A stretch of 64,000 bases of DNA from the human T2T-CHM13v2.0 reference genome, Homo sapiens, in NCBI RefSeq assembly GCF_009914755.1, contig NC_060926.1. One strand, 5' to 3'. Positions within the stretch are counted from its first letter, which is position 1; the number at the start of each line of letters is the position of its first letter. This document shows positions 1 through 11,100 of the stretch, in pieces. The position numbers and the translations under genes are program-made. The notes below the pieces were generated by a model. The model worked only from the letters and a program-made list of their open reading frames with translations, did no database searches and was not told where the DNA came from.

Positions 1-896
1 TCTTTTTATAGTATCTGGATGTGGACATTTTGAGCGCTTTCAGGCCTATGGTGAAAAAGGAAATATCTTCTCCTGAAAACTAGACAGAAGCATTCTCAGA
101 ATCTTATTTGTGATGTGCGCCCTCAACTAACAGTGTTGAAGCTTTCTTTTGATAGAGCAGTTTTGAAACACTCTTTTCGTAAAACCTGCAAGAGGATATT
201 TTGATAGCTTTGAGGATTTCGTTGGAAACGGGATTGTCTTCATATAAACTCTAGACAGAAGCATTCTCAGAAGCTTCATTGGGATGTTTCAATTGAAGTC
301 ACAGTGTTGAACAGTCCCTTTCATAGAGCAGGTTTGAAACACTCTTTTTGTAGTATCTGGAAGTGGACATTTGGAGAGATCTCAGGAATACGGTGATAAA
401 GGAAATATCTTCCAATAAAAGCTAGATAGAAGCAATGTCAGAAACTTTTTCATGACGTACCTACTCAGCTAACAGAGTTGAACCTTTCTTTTGAGAGAGC
501 AGTTTTGAAACACTCTTTTTGTGGAATCTGCAAGTGGATATTTGTCTAGTTTTGAGGATTTCGTTGGAAACGGGATTACATATAAAAAGCAGACAGCTGC
601 ATTCCCAGAAACTTCTTTGTGATGTTTGCATTCAAGTCACAGAGTTGAACATTCCCTTTCATAGAGCAGGCTTGAAACACTCTTTTTGTAGTATCTGGAT
701 GTGGACATTTGGAGCGCTTTCAGGCCTATGGTGAAAAAGGAAATATCTTCCCCTGAAAACTAGACAGAAGCATTCTCAGAATCTTATTTGTGATGTGCGC
801 CCTCAACTAACAGTGTTGAAGCTTTCTTTTGATAGAGCAGTTTTGAAACACTCTTTTTGTAAAATCTGCAAGAGGATATTTGGATAGCTTTGAGGA

Positions 897-913
897 TTTC
901 GTTGGAAACGGGA
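897..913 (+). promoter_or_regulatory. CENP-B box in monomer A (representative; recurs in nearly every HOR)
   Basis: tttcgttggaaacggga matches the 17-bp consensus YTTCGTTGGAARCGGGA. Confidence 0.97.
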
Positions 914-1238
914 TTGTCTTCATATAAACTCTAGACAGAAGCATTCTCAGAAGCTTCATTGGGATGTTTCAATTGAAGTCACAGTGTTGAACAGTCCCTT
1001 TCATAGAGGAGGTTTGAAACACTCTTTTTGTAGTATCTGGAAGTGGACATTTGGAGTGATCTAAGGAATACGGTGATAAAGGAAATATCTTCCAATAAAA
1101 GCTAGATAGAAGCAATGTCAGAAACTTTTTCATGATGTATCTACTCAGCTAACAGAGTTGAACCTTTCTTTTGAGAGAGCAGTTTTGAAACACTCTTTTT
1201 GTGGAATCTGCAAGTGGATATTTGTCTAGCTTTGAGGA

Positions 1239-1255
1239 TTTCGTTGGAAACGGGA
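1239..1255 (+). promoter_or_regulatory. CENP-B box in monomer C (representative; boxes alternate at 342/338-bp spacing)
   Basis: tttcgttggaaacggga, exact consensus match, 342 bp after the monomer A box. Confidence 0.97.
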
Positions 1256-1405
1256 TTACATATAAAAAGCAGACAGCAGCATTCCCAGAAACTTCTTTGT
1301 GAAGTTTGCATTCAAGTCACAGAGTTGAACATTCCCTTTCATAGAGCAGGTTTGAAACACTCTTTTTGTAGTATCTGTATGTGGACATTTGGAGCGCTTT
1401 CAGGC

Positions 1406-1422
1406 CTATGGTGAAAAAGGAA
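1406..1422 (+). promoter_or_regulatory. pJ-alpha-type box of the non-CENP-B monomer D (representative)
   Basis: ctatggtgaaaaaggaa occupies the position homologous to the CENP-B box, as is typical for A-type alphoid monomers. Confidence 0.75.
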
Positions 1423-1976
1423 ATATCTTCCCCTGAAAACTAGACAGAAGCATTCTCAGAATCTTATTTGTGATGTGCGCCCTCAACTAACAGTGTTGAA
1501 GCTTTCTTTTGATAGAGCAGTTTTGAAACACTCTTTTTGTAAAATCTGCAAGAGGATATTTGGATAGCTTTGAGGATTTCGTTGGAAATGGGATTGTCTT
1601 CATATAAACTCTAGACAGAAGCATTCTCAGAAGCTTCATTGGGATGTTTCAATTGAAGTCACAGTGTTGAACAGTCCCTTTCATAGAGCAGGTTTGAAAC
1701 ACTCTTTTTGTAGTATCTGGAAGTGGACATTTGGAGCGCTCTCAGGACTACGGTGAAAAAGGAAGTATCTTCCAATAAAAGCTAGATAGAAGCAATGTCA
1801 GAAACTTTTTCATGATGTATCTACTCAGCTAACAGAGTTGAACCTTTCTTTTGAGAGAGCAGTTTTGAAACACTCTTTTTGTGGAATCTGCAAGTGGATA
1901 TTTGTCTAGCTTTGAGGATTTCGTTGGAAACGGGATTACATATAAAAAGCAGACAGCAGCATTCCCAGAAACTTCT

Positions 1977-2047
1977 GGAATGTTCAACTGTGTGACTTGA
2001 ATGCAAACATCACAAATAAGTATTCAAGTCACACAGTTGAACATTCC
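1977..2047. repeat. Inverted repeat: 26-bp perfect arms (1977-2002 / 2022-2047) with 19-nt loop, produced by a 45-bp inverted alphoid insertion
   Basis: ggaatgttcaactgtgtgacttgaat is the exact reverse complement of attcaagtcacacagttgaacattcc. Confidence 0.97.
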
Positions 2048-2333
2048 CTTTCATAGAGCAGGTTTGAAACACTCTTTTTGTAGTATCTGGATGTGGACAT
2101 TTGGAGCGCTTTCAGGCCTATGGTGAAAAAGGAAATATCTTCCCCTGAAAACTAGACAGAAGCATTCTCAGAATCTTATTTGTGATGTGCGCCCTCAACT
2201 AACAGTGTTGAAGCTTTCTTTTGATAGAGCAGTTTTGAAACACTCTTTTTGTAAAATCTGCAAGAGGATATTTGGATAGCTTTGAGGATTTCTTTGGAAA
2301 CGGGATTGTCTTCATATAAACTCTAGACAGAAG

Positions 2334-2671
2334 CATTCTCAGAAGCTTCATTGGGATGTTTCAATTGAAGTCACAGTGTTGAACAGTCCCTTTCATAGAG
2401 CAGGTTTGAAACACTCTTTTTGTAGTATCTGGATGTGGACATTTGGAGCGCTTTCAGGCCTATGGTGAAAAAGGAAATATCTTCCCCTGAAAACTAGACA
2501 GAAGCATTCTCAGAAACTTATTTGTGATGTGCGCCCTCACCTAACAGTGTTGAAGCTTTCTTTTGATAGAGCAGTTTTGAAACACTCTTTTTGTGGAATC
2601 TGCAAGTGGATATTTGTCTAGCTTTGAGGATTTCGTTGGAAACGGGATTACATATAAAAAGCAGACAGCAG
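2334..2671 (+). repeat. B/D hybrid monomer followed by A/C hybrid monomer (length-neutral variant HOR; representative of about 14 copies)
   Basis: B start (cattctcagaagcttcattggg) ends with the D tail (ggatgtggac...cccctgaaaactagacagaag); the next monomer has an A start and C tail (ggaatctgc...attacatataaaaagcagacagcag). Confidence 0.92.
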
Positions 2672-2842
2672 CATTCCCAGAATCTTCTTTGTGATGTTTG
2701 CATTCAAGTCACAGAGTTGAACATTCCCTTTCATAGAGCAGGTTTGAAACACTCTTTTTATAGTATCTGGATGTGGACACTTGGAGCGCTTTCAGGCCTA
2801 TGGTGAAAAAGGAAATATCTTCTCCTGAAAACTAGACAGAAG

Positions 2843-3180
2843 CATTCTCAGAATCTTATTTGTGATGTGCGCCCTCAACTAACAGTGTTGAAGCTTTCTT
2901 TTGATAGAGCAGTTTTGAAACACTCTTTTTGTGGAATCTGCAAGTGGATATTTGTCTAGCTTTGAGGATTTCGTTGGAAACGGGATTACATATAAAAAGC
3001 AGACAGCAGCATTCCCAGAATCTTGTTTGTGATGTTTGCATTCAAGTCACAGAGTTGAACATTCCCTTTCAGAGAGCAGGTTTGAAACACTCTTTTTATA
3101 GTATCTGGATGTGGACATTTTGAGCGCTTTCAGGCCTATGGTGAAAAAGGAAATATCTTCTCCTGAAAACTAGACAGAAG
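2843..3180 (+). repeat. 338-bp dimer variant HOR (A/C hybrid + D; representative of about 13 copies)
   Basis: A start switches to the C tail at aaacactctttttgt; seen as 338/337-bp steps in the ORF ladder (2591 to 2929, 7719 to 8057, 24368 to 24706 etc.). Confidence 0.93.
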
Positions 3181-5066
3181 CATTCTCAGAATCTTATTTG
3201 TGATGTGCGCCCTCAACTAACAGTGTTGAAGCTTTCTTTTGATAGAGCAGTTTTGAAACACTCTTTTCGTAAAATCTGCAAGAGGATATTTTGATAGCTT
3301 TGAGGATTTCGTTGGAAACGGGATTGTCTTCATATAAACTCTAGACAGAAGCATTCTCAGAAGCTTCATTGGGATGTTTCAATTGAAGTCACAGTGTTGA
3401 ACAGTCCCTTTCATAGAGCAGGTTTGAAACACTCTTTTTGTAGTATCTGGAAGTGGACATTTGGAGAGATCTCAGGAATACGGTGATAAAGGAAATATCT
3501 TCCAATAAAAGCTAGATAGAAGCAATGTCAGAAACTTTTTCATGACGTACCTACTCAGCTAACAGAGTTGAACCTTTCTTTTGAGAGAGCAGTTTTGAAA
3601 CACTCTTTTTGTGGAATCTGCAAGTGGATATTTGTCTAGTTTTGAGGATTTCGTTGGAAACGGGATTACATATAAAAAGCAGACAGCTGCATTCCCAGAA
3701 ACTTCTTTGTGATGTTTGCATTCAAGTCACAGAGTTGAACATTCCCTTTCATAGAGCAGGCTTGAAACACTCTTTTTGTAGTATCTGGATGTGGACATTT
3801 GGAGCGCTTTCAGGCCTATGGTGAAAAAGGAAATATCTTCCCCTGAAAACTAGACAGAAGCATTCTCAGAATCTTATTTGTGATGTGCGCCCTCAACTAA
3901 CAGTGTTGAAGCTTTCTTTTGATAGAGCAGTTTTGAAACACTCTTTTTGTAAAATCTGCAAGAGGATATTTGGATAGCTTTGAGGATTTCGTTGGAAACG
4001 GGATTGTCTTCATATAAACTCTAGACAGAAGCATTCTCAGAAGCTTCATTGGGATGTTTCAATTGAAGTCACAGTGTTGAACAGTCCCTTTCATAGAGGA
4101 GGTTTGAAACACTCTTTTTGTAGTATCTGGAAGTGGACATTTGGAGTGATCTAAGGAATACGGTGATAAAGGAAATATCTTCCAATAAAAGCTAGATAGA
4201 AGCAATGTCAGAAACTTTTTCATGATGTATCTACTCAGCTAACAGAGTTGAACCTTTCTTTTGAGAGAGCAGTTTTGAAACACTCTTTTTGTGGAATCTG
4301 CAAGTGGATATTTGTCTAGCTTTGAGGATTTCGTTGGAAACGGGATTACATATAAAAAGCAGACAGCAGCATTCCCAGAAACTTCTTTGTGAAGTTTGCA
4401 TTCAAGTCACAGAGTTGAACATTCCCTTTCATAGAGCAGGTTTGAAACACTCTTTTTGTAGTATCTGTATGTGGACATTTGGAGCGCTTTCAGGCCTATG
4501 GTGAAAAAGGAAATATCTTCCCCTGAAAACTAGACAGAAGCATTCTCAGAATCTTATTTGTGATGTGCGCCCTCAACTAACAGTGTTGAAGCTTTCTTTT
4601 GATAGAGCAGTTTTGAAACACTCTTTTTGTAAAATCTGCAAGAGGATATTTGGATAGCTTTGAGGATTTCGTTGGAAATGGGATTGTCTTCATATAAACT
4701 CTAGACAGAAGCATTCTCAGAAGCTTCATTGGGATGTTTCAATTGAAGTCACAGTGTTGAACAGTCCCTTTCATAGAGCAGGTTTGAAACACTCTTTTTG
4801 TAGTATCTGGAAGTGGACATTTGGAGCGCTCTCAGGACTACGGTGAAAAAGGAAGTATCTTCCAATAAAAGCTAGATAGAAGCAATGTCAGAAACTTTTT
4901 CATGATGTATCTACTCAGCTAACAGAGTTGAACCTTTCTTTTGAGAGAGCAGTTTTGAAACACTCTTTTTGTGGAATCTGCAAGTGGATATTTGTCTAGC
5001 TTTGAGGATTTCGTTGGAAACGGGATTACATATAAAAAGCAGACAGCAGCATTCCCAGAAACTTCT

Positions 5067-5137
5067 GGAATGTTCAACTGTGTGACTTGAATGCAAACAT
5101 CACAAAGAAGTATTCAAGTCACACAGTTGAAAATTCC
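5067..5137. repeat. Second copy of the inverted repeat (one arm mismatch at 5132)
   Basis: Same 45-bp inverted segment at 5067-5111; right arm reads ...gttgaaaattcc instead of ...gttgaacattcc. Confidence 0.96.
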
Positions 5138-8100
5138 CTTTCATAGAGCAGGTTTGAAACACTCTTTTTGTAGTATCTGGATGTGGACATTTGGAGCGCT
5201 TTCAGGCCTATGGTGAAAAAGGAAATATCTTCCCCTGAAAACTAGACAGAAGCATTCTCAGAATCTTATTTGTGATGTGCGCCCTCAACTAACAGTGTTG
5301 AAGCTTTCTTTTGATAGAGCAGTTTTGAAACACTCTTTTTGTAAAATCTGCAAGAGGATATTTGGATAGCTTTGAGGATTTCTTTGGAAACGGGATTGTC
5401 TTCATATAAACTCTAGACAGAAGCATTCTCAGAAGCTTCATTGGGATGTTTCAATTGAAGTCACAGTGTTGAACAGTCCCTTTCATAGAGCAGGTTTGAA
5501 ACACTCTTTTTGTAGTATCTGGATGTGGACATTTGGAGCGCTTTCAGGCCTATGGTGAAAAAGGAAATATCTTCCCCTGAAAACTAGACAGAAGCATTCT
5601 CAGAAACTTATTTGTGATGTGCGCCCTCACCTAACAGTGTTGAAGCTTTCTTTTGATAGAGCAGTTTTGAAACACTCTTTTTGTGGAATCTGCAAGTGGA
5701 TATTTGTCTAGCTTTGAGGATTTCGTTGGAAACGGGATTACATATAAAAAGCAGACAGCAGCATTCCCAGAATCTTCTTTGTGATGTTTGCATTCAAGTC
5801 ACAGAGTTGAACATTCCCTTTCATAGAGCAGGTTTGAAACACTCTTTTTATAGTATCTGGATGTGGACACTTGGAGCGCTTTCAGGCCTATGGTGAAAAA
5901 GGAAATATCTTCTCCTGAAAACTAGACAGAAGCATTCTCAGAATCTTATTTGTGATGTGCGCCCTCAACTAACAGTGTTGAAGCTTTCTTTTGATAGAGC
6001 AGTTTTGAAACACTCTTTTTGTAAAATCTGCAAGAGGATATTTGGATAGCTTTGAGGATTTCGTTGGAAACGGGATTGTCTTCATATAAACTCTAGACAG
6101 AAGCATTCTCAGAAGCTTCATTGGGATGTTTCAATTGAAGTCACAGTGTTGAACAGTTCCTTTCATAGAACAGGTTTGAAACACTCTTTTTGTAGTATCT
6201 GGAAGTGGACATTTGGAGCGCTCTCAGGACTAAGGTGAAAAAGGAAATATCTTCCAATAAAAGCTACATAGAAGCAGTGTCAGAAACTTTTTCATGATGT
6301 ATCTACTCAGCTAACAGAGTTGAACCTTTCCTTTGAGAGAGCAGTTTTGAAACACTCTTTTTGTGGAATCTGCAAGTGGATATTTGTGTAGCTTTGAGGA
6401 TTTCGTTGGAAACGGGATTACATATAAAAAGAAGACAGCAGCATTCCCAGTAACTTCTTTGTGATGTTTGCATTCAAGTCACAGAGTTGAACATTCCCTT
6501 TCATAGAGCAGGTTTGAAACACTCTTTTTGTAGTATCTGGATGTGGACATTTGGAGCGCTTTCAGGCCTATGGTGAAAAAGGAAATATCTTCCCCTGAAA
6601 ACTAGACAGAAGCATTCTCAGAATCTTATTTGTGATGTGCGCCCTCAACTAACAGTGTTGAAGCTTTCTTTTGATAGAGCAGTTTTGAAACACTCTTTTT
6701 GTAAAATCTGCAAGAGGATATTTGGATAGCTTTGAAGATTTCGTTGGAAACGGGATTGCCTTCATATAAACTCTAGACAGAAGCATTCTCAGAAGCTTCA
6801 TTGGGATGTTTCAATTGAAGTCACAGTGTTGAACAGTCCCTTTCATAGAGGAGGTTTGAAACACTCTTTTTGTAGTATCTGGAAGTGGACATTTGGAGTG
6901 ATCTCAGGAATACGGTGATAAAGGAAATATCTTCCAATAAAAGCTAGATAGAAGCAATGTCAGAAACTTTTTCATGATGTATCTACTCAGCTAACAGAGT
7001 TGAACCTTTCTTTTGAGAGAGCAGTTTTGAAACACTCTTTTTGTGGAATCTGCAAGTGGATATTTGTCTAGCTTTGAGGATTTCGTTGGAAACGGATTAC
7101 ATATAAAAAGCAGACAGCAGCATTCCCAGAAACTTCTTTGTGAAGTTTGCATTCAAGTCACAGAGTTGAACATTCCCTTTCATAGAGCAGGTTTGAAACA
7201 CTCTTTTTGTAGTATCTGTATGTGGACATTTGGAGCGCTTTCAGGCCTATGGTGAAAAAGGAAATATCTTCCCCTGAAAACTAGACAGAAGCATTCTCAG
7301 AATCTTATTTGTGATGTGCGCCCTCAACTAACAGTGTTGAAGCTTTCTTTTGATAGAGCAGTTTTGAAACACTCTTTTTGTAAAATCTGCAAGAGGATAT
7401 TTGGATAGCTTTGAGGATTTCGTTGGAAACGGGATTGTCTTCATATAAACTCTAGACAGAAGCATTCTCAGAAGCTTCATTGGGATGTTTCAATTGAAGT
7501 CACAGTGTTGAACAGTCCCTTTCATAGAGCAGGTTTGAAACACACTTTTTGTAGTATCTGGAAGTGGACATTTGCAGCGCTCTCAGGACTGCGGTGAAAA
7601 AGGAAATATCTTCCAATAAAAGCTAGATAGAAGCAATGTCAGAAACTTTTTCATGATGTATCTACTCAGCTAACAGAGTTGAACCTTCCTTTGAGAGAGC
7701 AGTTTTGAAACACTCTTTTTGTGGAATCTGCAAGTGGATATTTGTCTAGCTTTGAGGATTTCGTTGGAAACGGGATTACATATAAAAAGCAGACAGCAGC
7801 ATTCCCAGAAAGTTCTTTGTGATGCTTGCATTCAAGTCACAGAGTTGAACATTCCCTTTCATAGAGCAGGTTTGAAACACTCTTTTTGTAGTATCTGGAT
7901 GTGGACATTTGGAGCGCTTTCAGGCCTATGGTGAAAAAGGAAATATCTTCCCCTGAAAACTAGACAGAAGCATTCTCAGAAACTTATTTGTGATGTGCGC
8001 CGTCAACTAACAGTGTTGAAGCTTTCTTTTGATAGAGCAGTTTTGAAACACTCTTTTTGTGGAATCTGCAAGTGGATATTTGTCTAGCTTTTAGGATTTC

Positions 8101-11100
8101 GTTGGAAACGGGATTACATATAAAAAGCAGACAGCAGCATTCCCAGAATCTTCTTTGTGATGTTTGCATTCAAGTCACAGAGTTGAACATTCCCTTTCAT
8201 AGAGCAGGTTTGAAACACTCTTTTTATAGTATCTGGATGTGGACATTTGGAGCGCTTTCAGGCCTATGGTGAAAAAGGAAATATCTTCTCCTGAAAACTA
8301 GACAGAAGCATTCTCAGAATCTTATTTGTGATGTGCGCCCTCAACTAACAGTGTTGAAGCTTTCTTTTGATAGAGCAGTTTTGAAACACTCTTTTTGTAA
8401 AATCTGCAAGAGGATATTTGGATAGCTTTGAGGATTTCATTGGAAACGGGATTGTCTTCATATAAACTCTAGACAGAAGCATTCTCAGAAGCTTCATTGG
8501 GATGTTTCAATTGATGTCACAGTGTTGAACAGTCCCTTTCATAGAGCAGGTTTGAAACACTCTTTTTGTAGTATCTGGAAGTGGACATTTGGAGCGCTCT
8601 CAGGACTACGGTGAAAAAGGAAATATCTTCCAATAAAAGCTACATAGAAGCAATGTCAGAAACTTTTTCATGATGTATCTACTCAGCTAACAGAGTTGAA
8701 CCTTTCTTTTGAGAGAGCAGTTTTGAAACACTCTTTTTGTGGAATCTGGAAGTGGATATTTGTATAGCTTTGAGGATTTCGTTGGAAACGGGATTACATA
8801 TAAAAAGCAGACAGCAGCATTCCCAGTAACTTCTTTGTGATGTTTGCATTCAAGTCAAAAAGTTGAACATTCCCTTTCATAGAGCAGGTTTGAAACACTC
8901 TTTTTGTAGTATCTGGATGTGGACATTTGGAGCGCTTTCAGGCCTATGGTGAAAAAGGAAATATCTTCCCCTGAAAACTAGACAGAAGCATTCTCAGAAT
9001 CTTATTTGTGATATGCGCTCTCAACTAACAGTGTTGAAGCTTTCTTTTGATAGAGCAGTTTTGAAACACTCTTTTTGTAAAATCTGCAAGAGGATATTTG
9101 GATAGCTTTGAGGATTTCGTTGGAAACGGGATTGTCTTCATATAAACTCTAGACAGAAGCATTCTCAGAAGCTTCATTGGGATGTTTCAATTGAAGTCTC
9201 AGTGTTGAACAGTCCCTTTCATAGAGCAGGTTTGAAACACTCTTTTTGTAGTATCTGGAAGTGGACATTTGGAGAGATCTCAGGAATACGGTGATAAAGG
9301 AAATATCTTCCAATAAAAGCTAGATAGAAGCAATGTCAAAAACTTTTTCATGATGTATCTACACAGCTAACAGAGTTGAACCTTTCTTTTGAGAGAGCAG
9401 TTTTGAAACACTCTTTTTGTGGAATCTGCAAGTGGATATTTGTCTAGCTTTGAGGATTTCGTTGGAAACGGGATTACATATAAAAAGCAGACAGCTGCAT
9501 TCCCAGAAACTTCTTTGTGATGTTTGCATTCAAGTCACAGAGTTGAACATTCCCTTTCATAGAGCAGGTTTGAAACACTCTTTTTGTAGTATCTGGATGT
9601 GGACATTTGGAGCGCTTTCAGGCCTATGGTGAAAAAGGAAATATCTTCCCCTGAAAACTAGACAGAAGCATTCTCAGAATCTTATTTGTGATGTGCGCCC
9701 TCAATTAACAGTGTTGAAGCTTTCTTTTGATAGAGGAGTTTTGAAACACTCTTTTTGTAAAATCTGCAAGAGGATATTTGGATAGCTTTGAGGATTTCGT
9801 TGGAAACGGGATTGTCTTCATATAAACTCTAGACAGAAGCATTCTCAGAAGCTTCATTGGGATGTTTCAATTGAAGTCACAGTGTTGAACAGTCCCTTTC
9901 ATAGAGCAGGTTTGAAACACTCTTTTTGTAGTATCTGGAAGTGGACATTTGGAGCGCTCTCAGGACTACGGTGAAAAAGGAAGTATCTTCCAATAAAAGC
10001 TAGATAGAAGCAATGTCAGAAACTTTTTCATGATGTATCTACTCAGCTAACAGAGTTGAACCTTTCTTTTGAGAGAGCAGTTTTGAAACACTCTTTTTGT
10101 GGAATCTGCAAGTGGATATTTGTCTAGCTTTGAGGATTTCGTTGGAAACGGGATTACATATAAAAAGCAGACAGCAGCATTCCCAGAAACTTCTTTGTGA
10201 TGTTTGCATTCAAGTCACACAGTTGAACATTCCCTTTCATAGAGCAGGTTTGAAACACTCTTTTTGTAGTATCTGGATGTGGACATTTGGAGCGCTTTCA
10301 GGCCTATGGTGAAAAAGGAAATATCTTCCCCTGAAAACTAGACAGAAGCATTCTCAGAATCTTATTTGTGATGTGCGCCCTCAACTAACAGTGTTGAAGC
10401 TTTCTTTTGATAGAGCAGTTTTGAAACACTCTTTTTGTAAAATCTGCAAGAGGATATTTGGATAGCTTTGAGGATTTCTTTGGAAACGGGATTGTCTTCA
10501 TATAAACTCTAGACAGAAGCATTCTCAGAAGCTTCATTGGGATGTTTCAATTGAAGTCACAGTGTTGAACAGTCCCTTTCATAGAGCAGGTTTGAAACAC
10601 TCTTTTTGTAGTATCTGGATGTGGACATTTGGAGCGCTTTCAGGCCTATGGTGAAAAAGGAAATATCTTCCCCTGAAAACTAGACAGAAGCATTCTCAGA
10701 AACTTATTTGTGATGTGCGCCCTCAACTAACAGTGTTGAAGCTTTCTTTTGATAGAGCAGTTTTGAAACACTCTTTTTGTGGAATCTGCAAGTGGATATT
10801 TGTCTAGCTTTGAGGATTTCGTTGGAAACGGGATTACATATAAAAAGCAGACAGCAGCATTCCCAGAATCTTCTTTGTGATGTTTGCATTCAAGTCACAG
10901 AGTTGAACATTCCCTTTCATAGAGCAGGTTTGAAACACTCTTTTTATAGTATCTGGATGTGGACACTTGGAGCGCTTTCAGGCCTATGGTGAAAAAGGAA
11001 ATATCTTCTCCTGAAAACTAGACAGAAGCATTCTCAGAATCTTATTTGTGATGTGCGCCCTCAACTAACAGTGTTGAAGCTTTCTTTTGATAGAGCAGTT

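Larger units (their letters stand above)
771..1450 (+). repeat. Representative canonical 680-bp HOR unit: monomer A 771-941, B 942-1112, C 1113-1279, D 1280-1450
   Basis: Monomer starts cattctcagaatc (771), cattctcagaagc (942), caatgtcagaaac (1113), cattcccagaaac (1280); next A at 1451. 171+171+167+171=680. Single XbaI site tctaga at 930-935. Confidence 0.96.
1..6022 (+). repeat. Near-perfect tandem duplication, period 3,090 bp (18 monomers + 32 bp)
   Basis: 1-2932 matches 3091-6022, including private variants (catgacgtac, gtgatctaagg, ggaaatggg, the inversion, ccctcaccta, ggacacttgg). ORFs 519/3609, 1199/4289, 1821/4911 and 2591/5681 are all 3,090 apart. Confidence 0.95.

Noticed and set aside
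413-420. aataaa poly(A)-signal-like and tataaa TATA-like motifs in each HOR
   Set aside because: These are constitutive AT-rich parts of the monomers; nothing in the sequence supports promoter or polyadenylation function.
1977-2021. Possible foreign insertion, MITE or pre-miRNA at the hairpin
   Set aside because: The insert is fully explained as the reverse complement of the adjacent alphoid sequence. There is no target-site duplication and no expression evidence.
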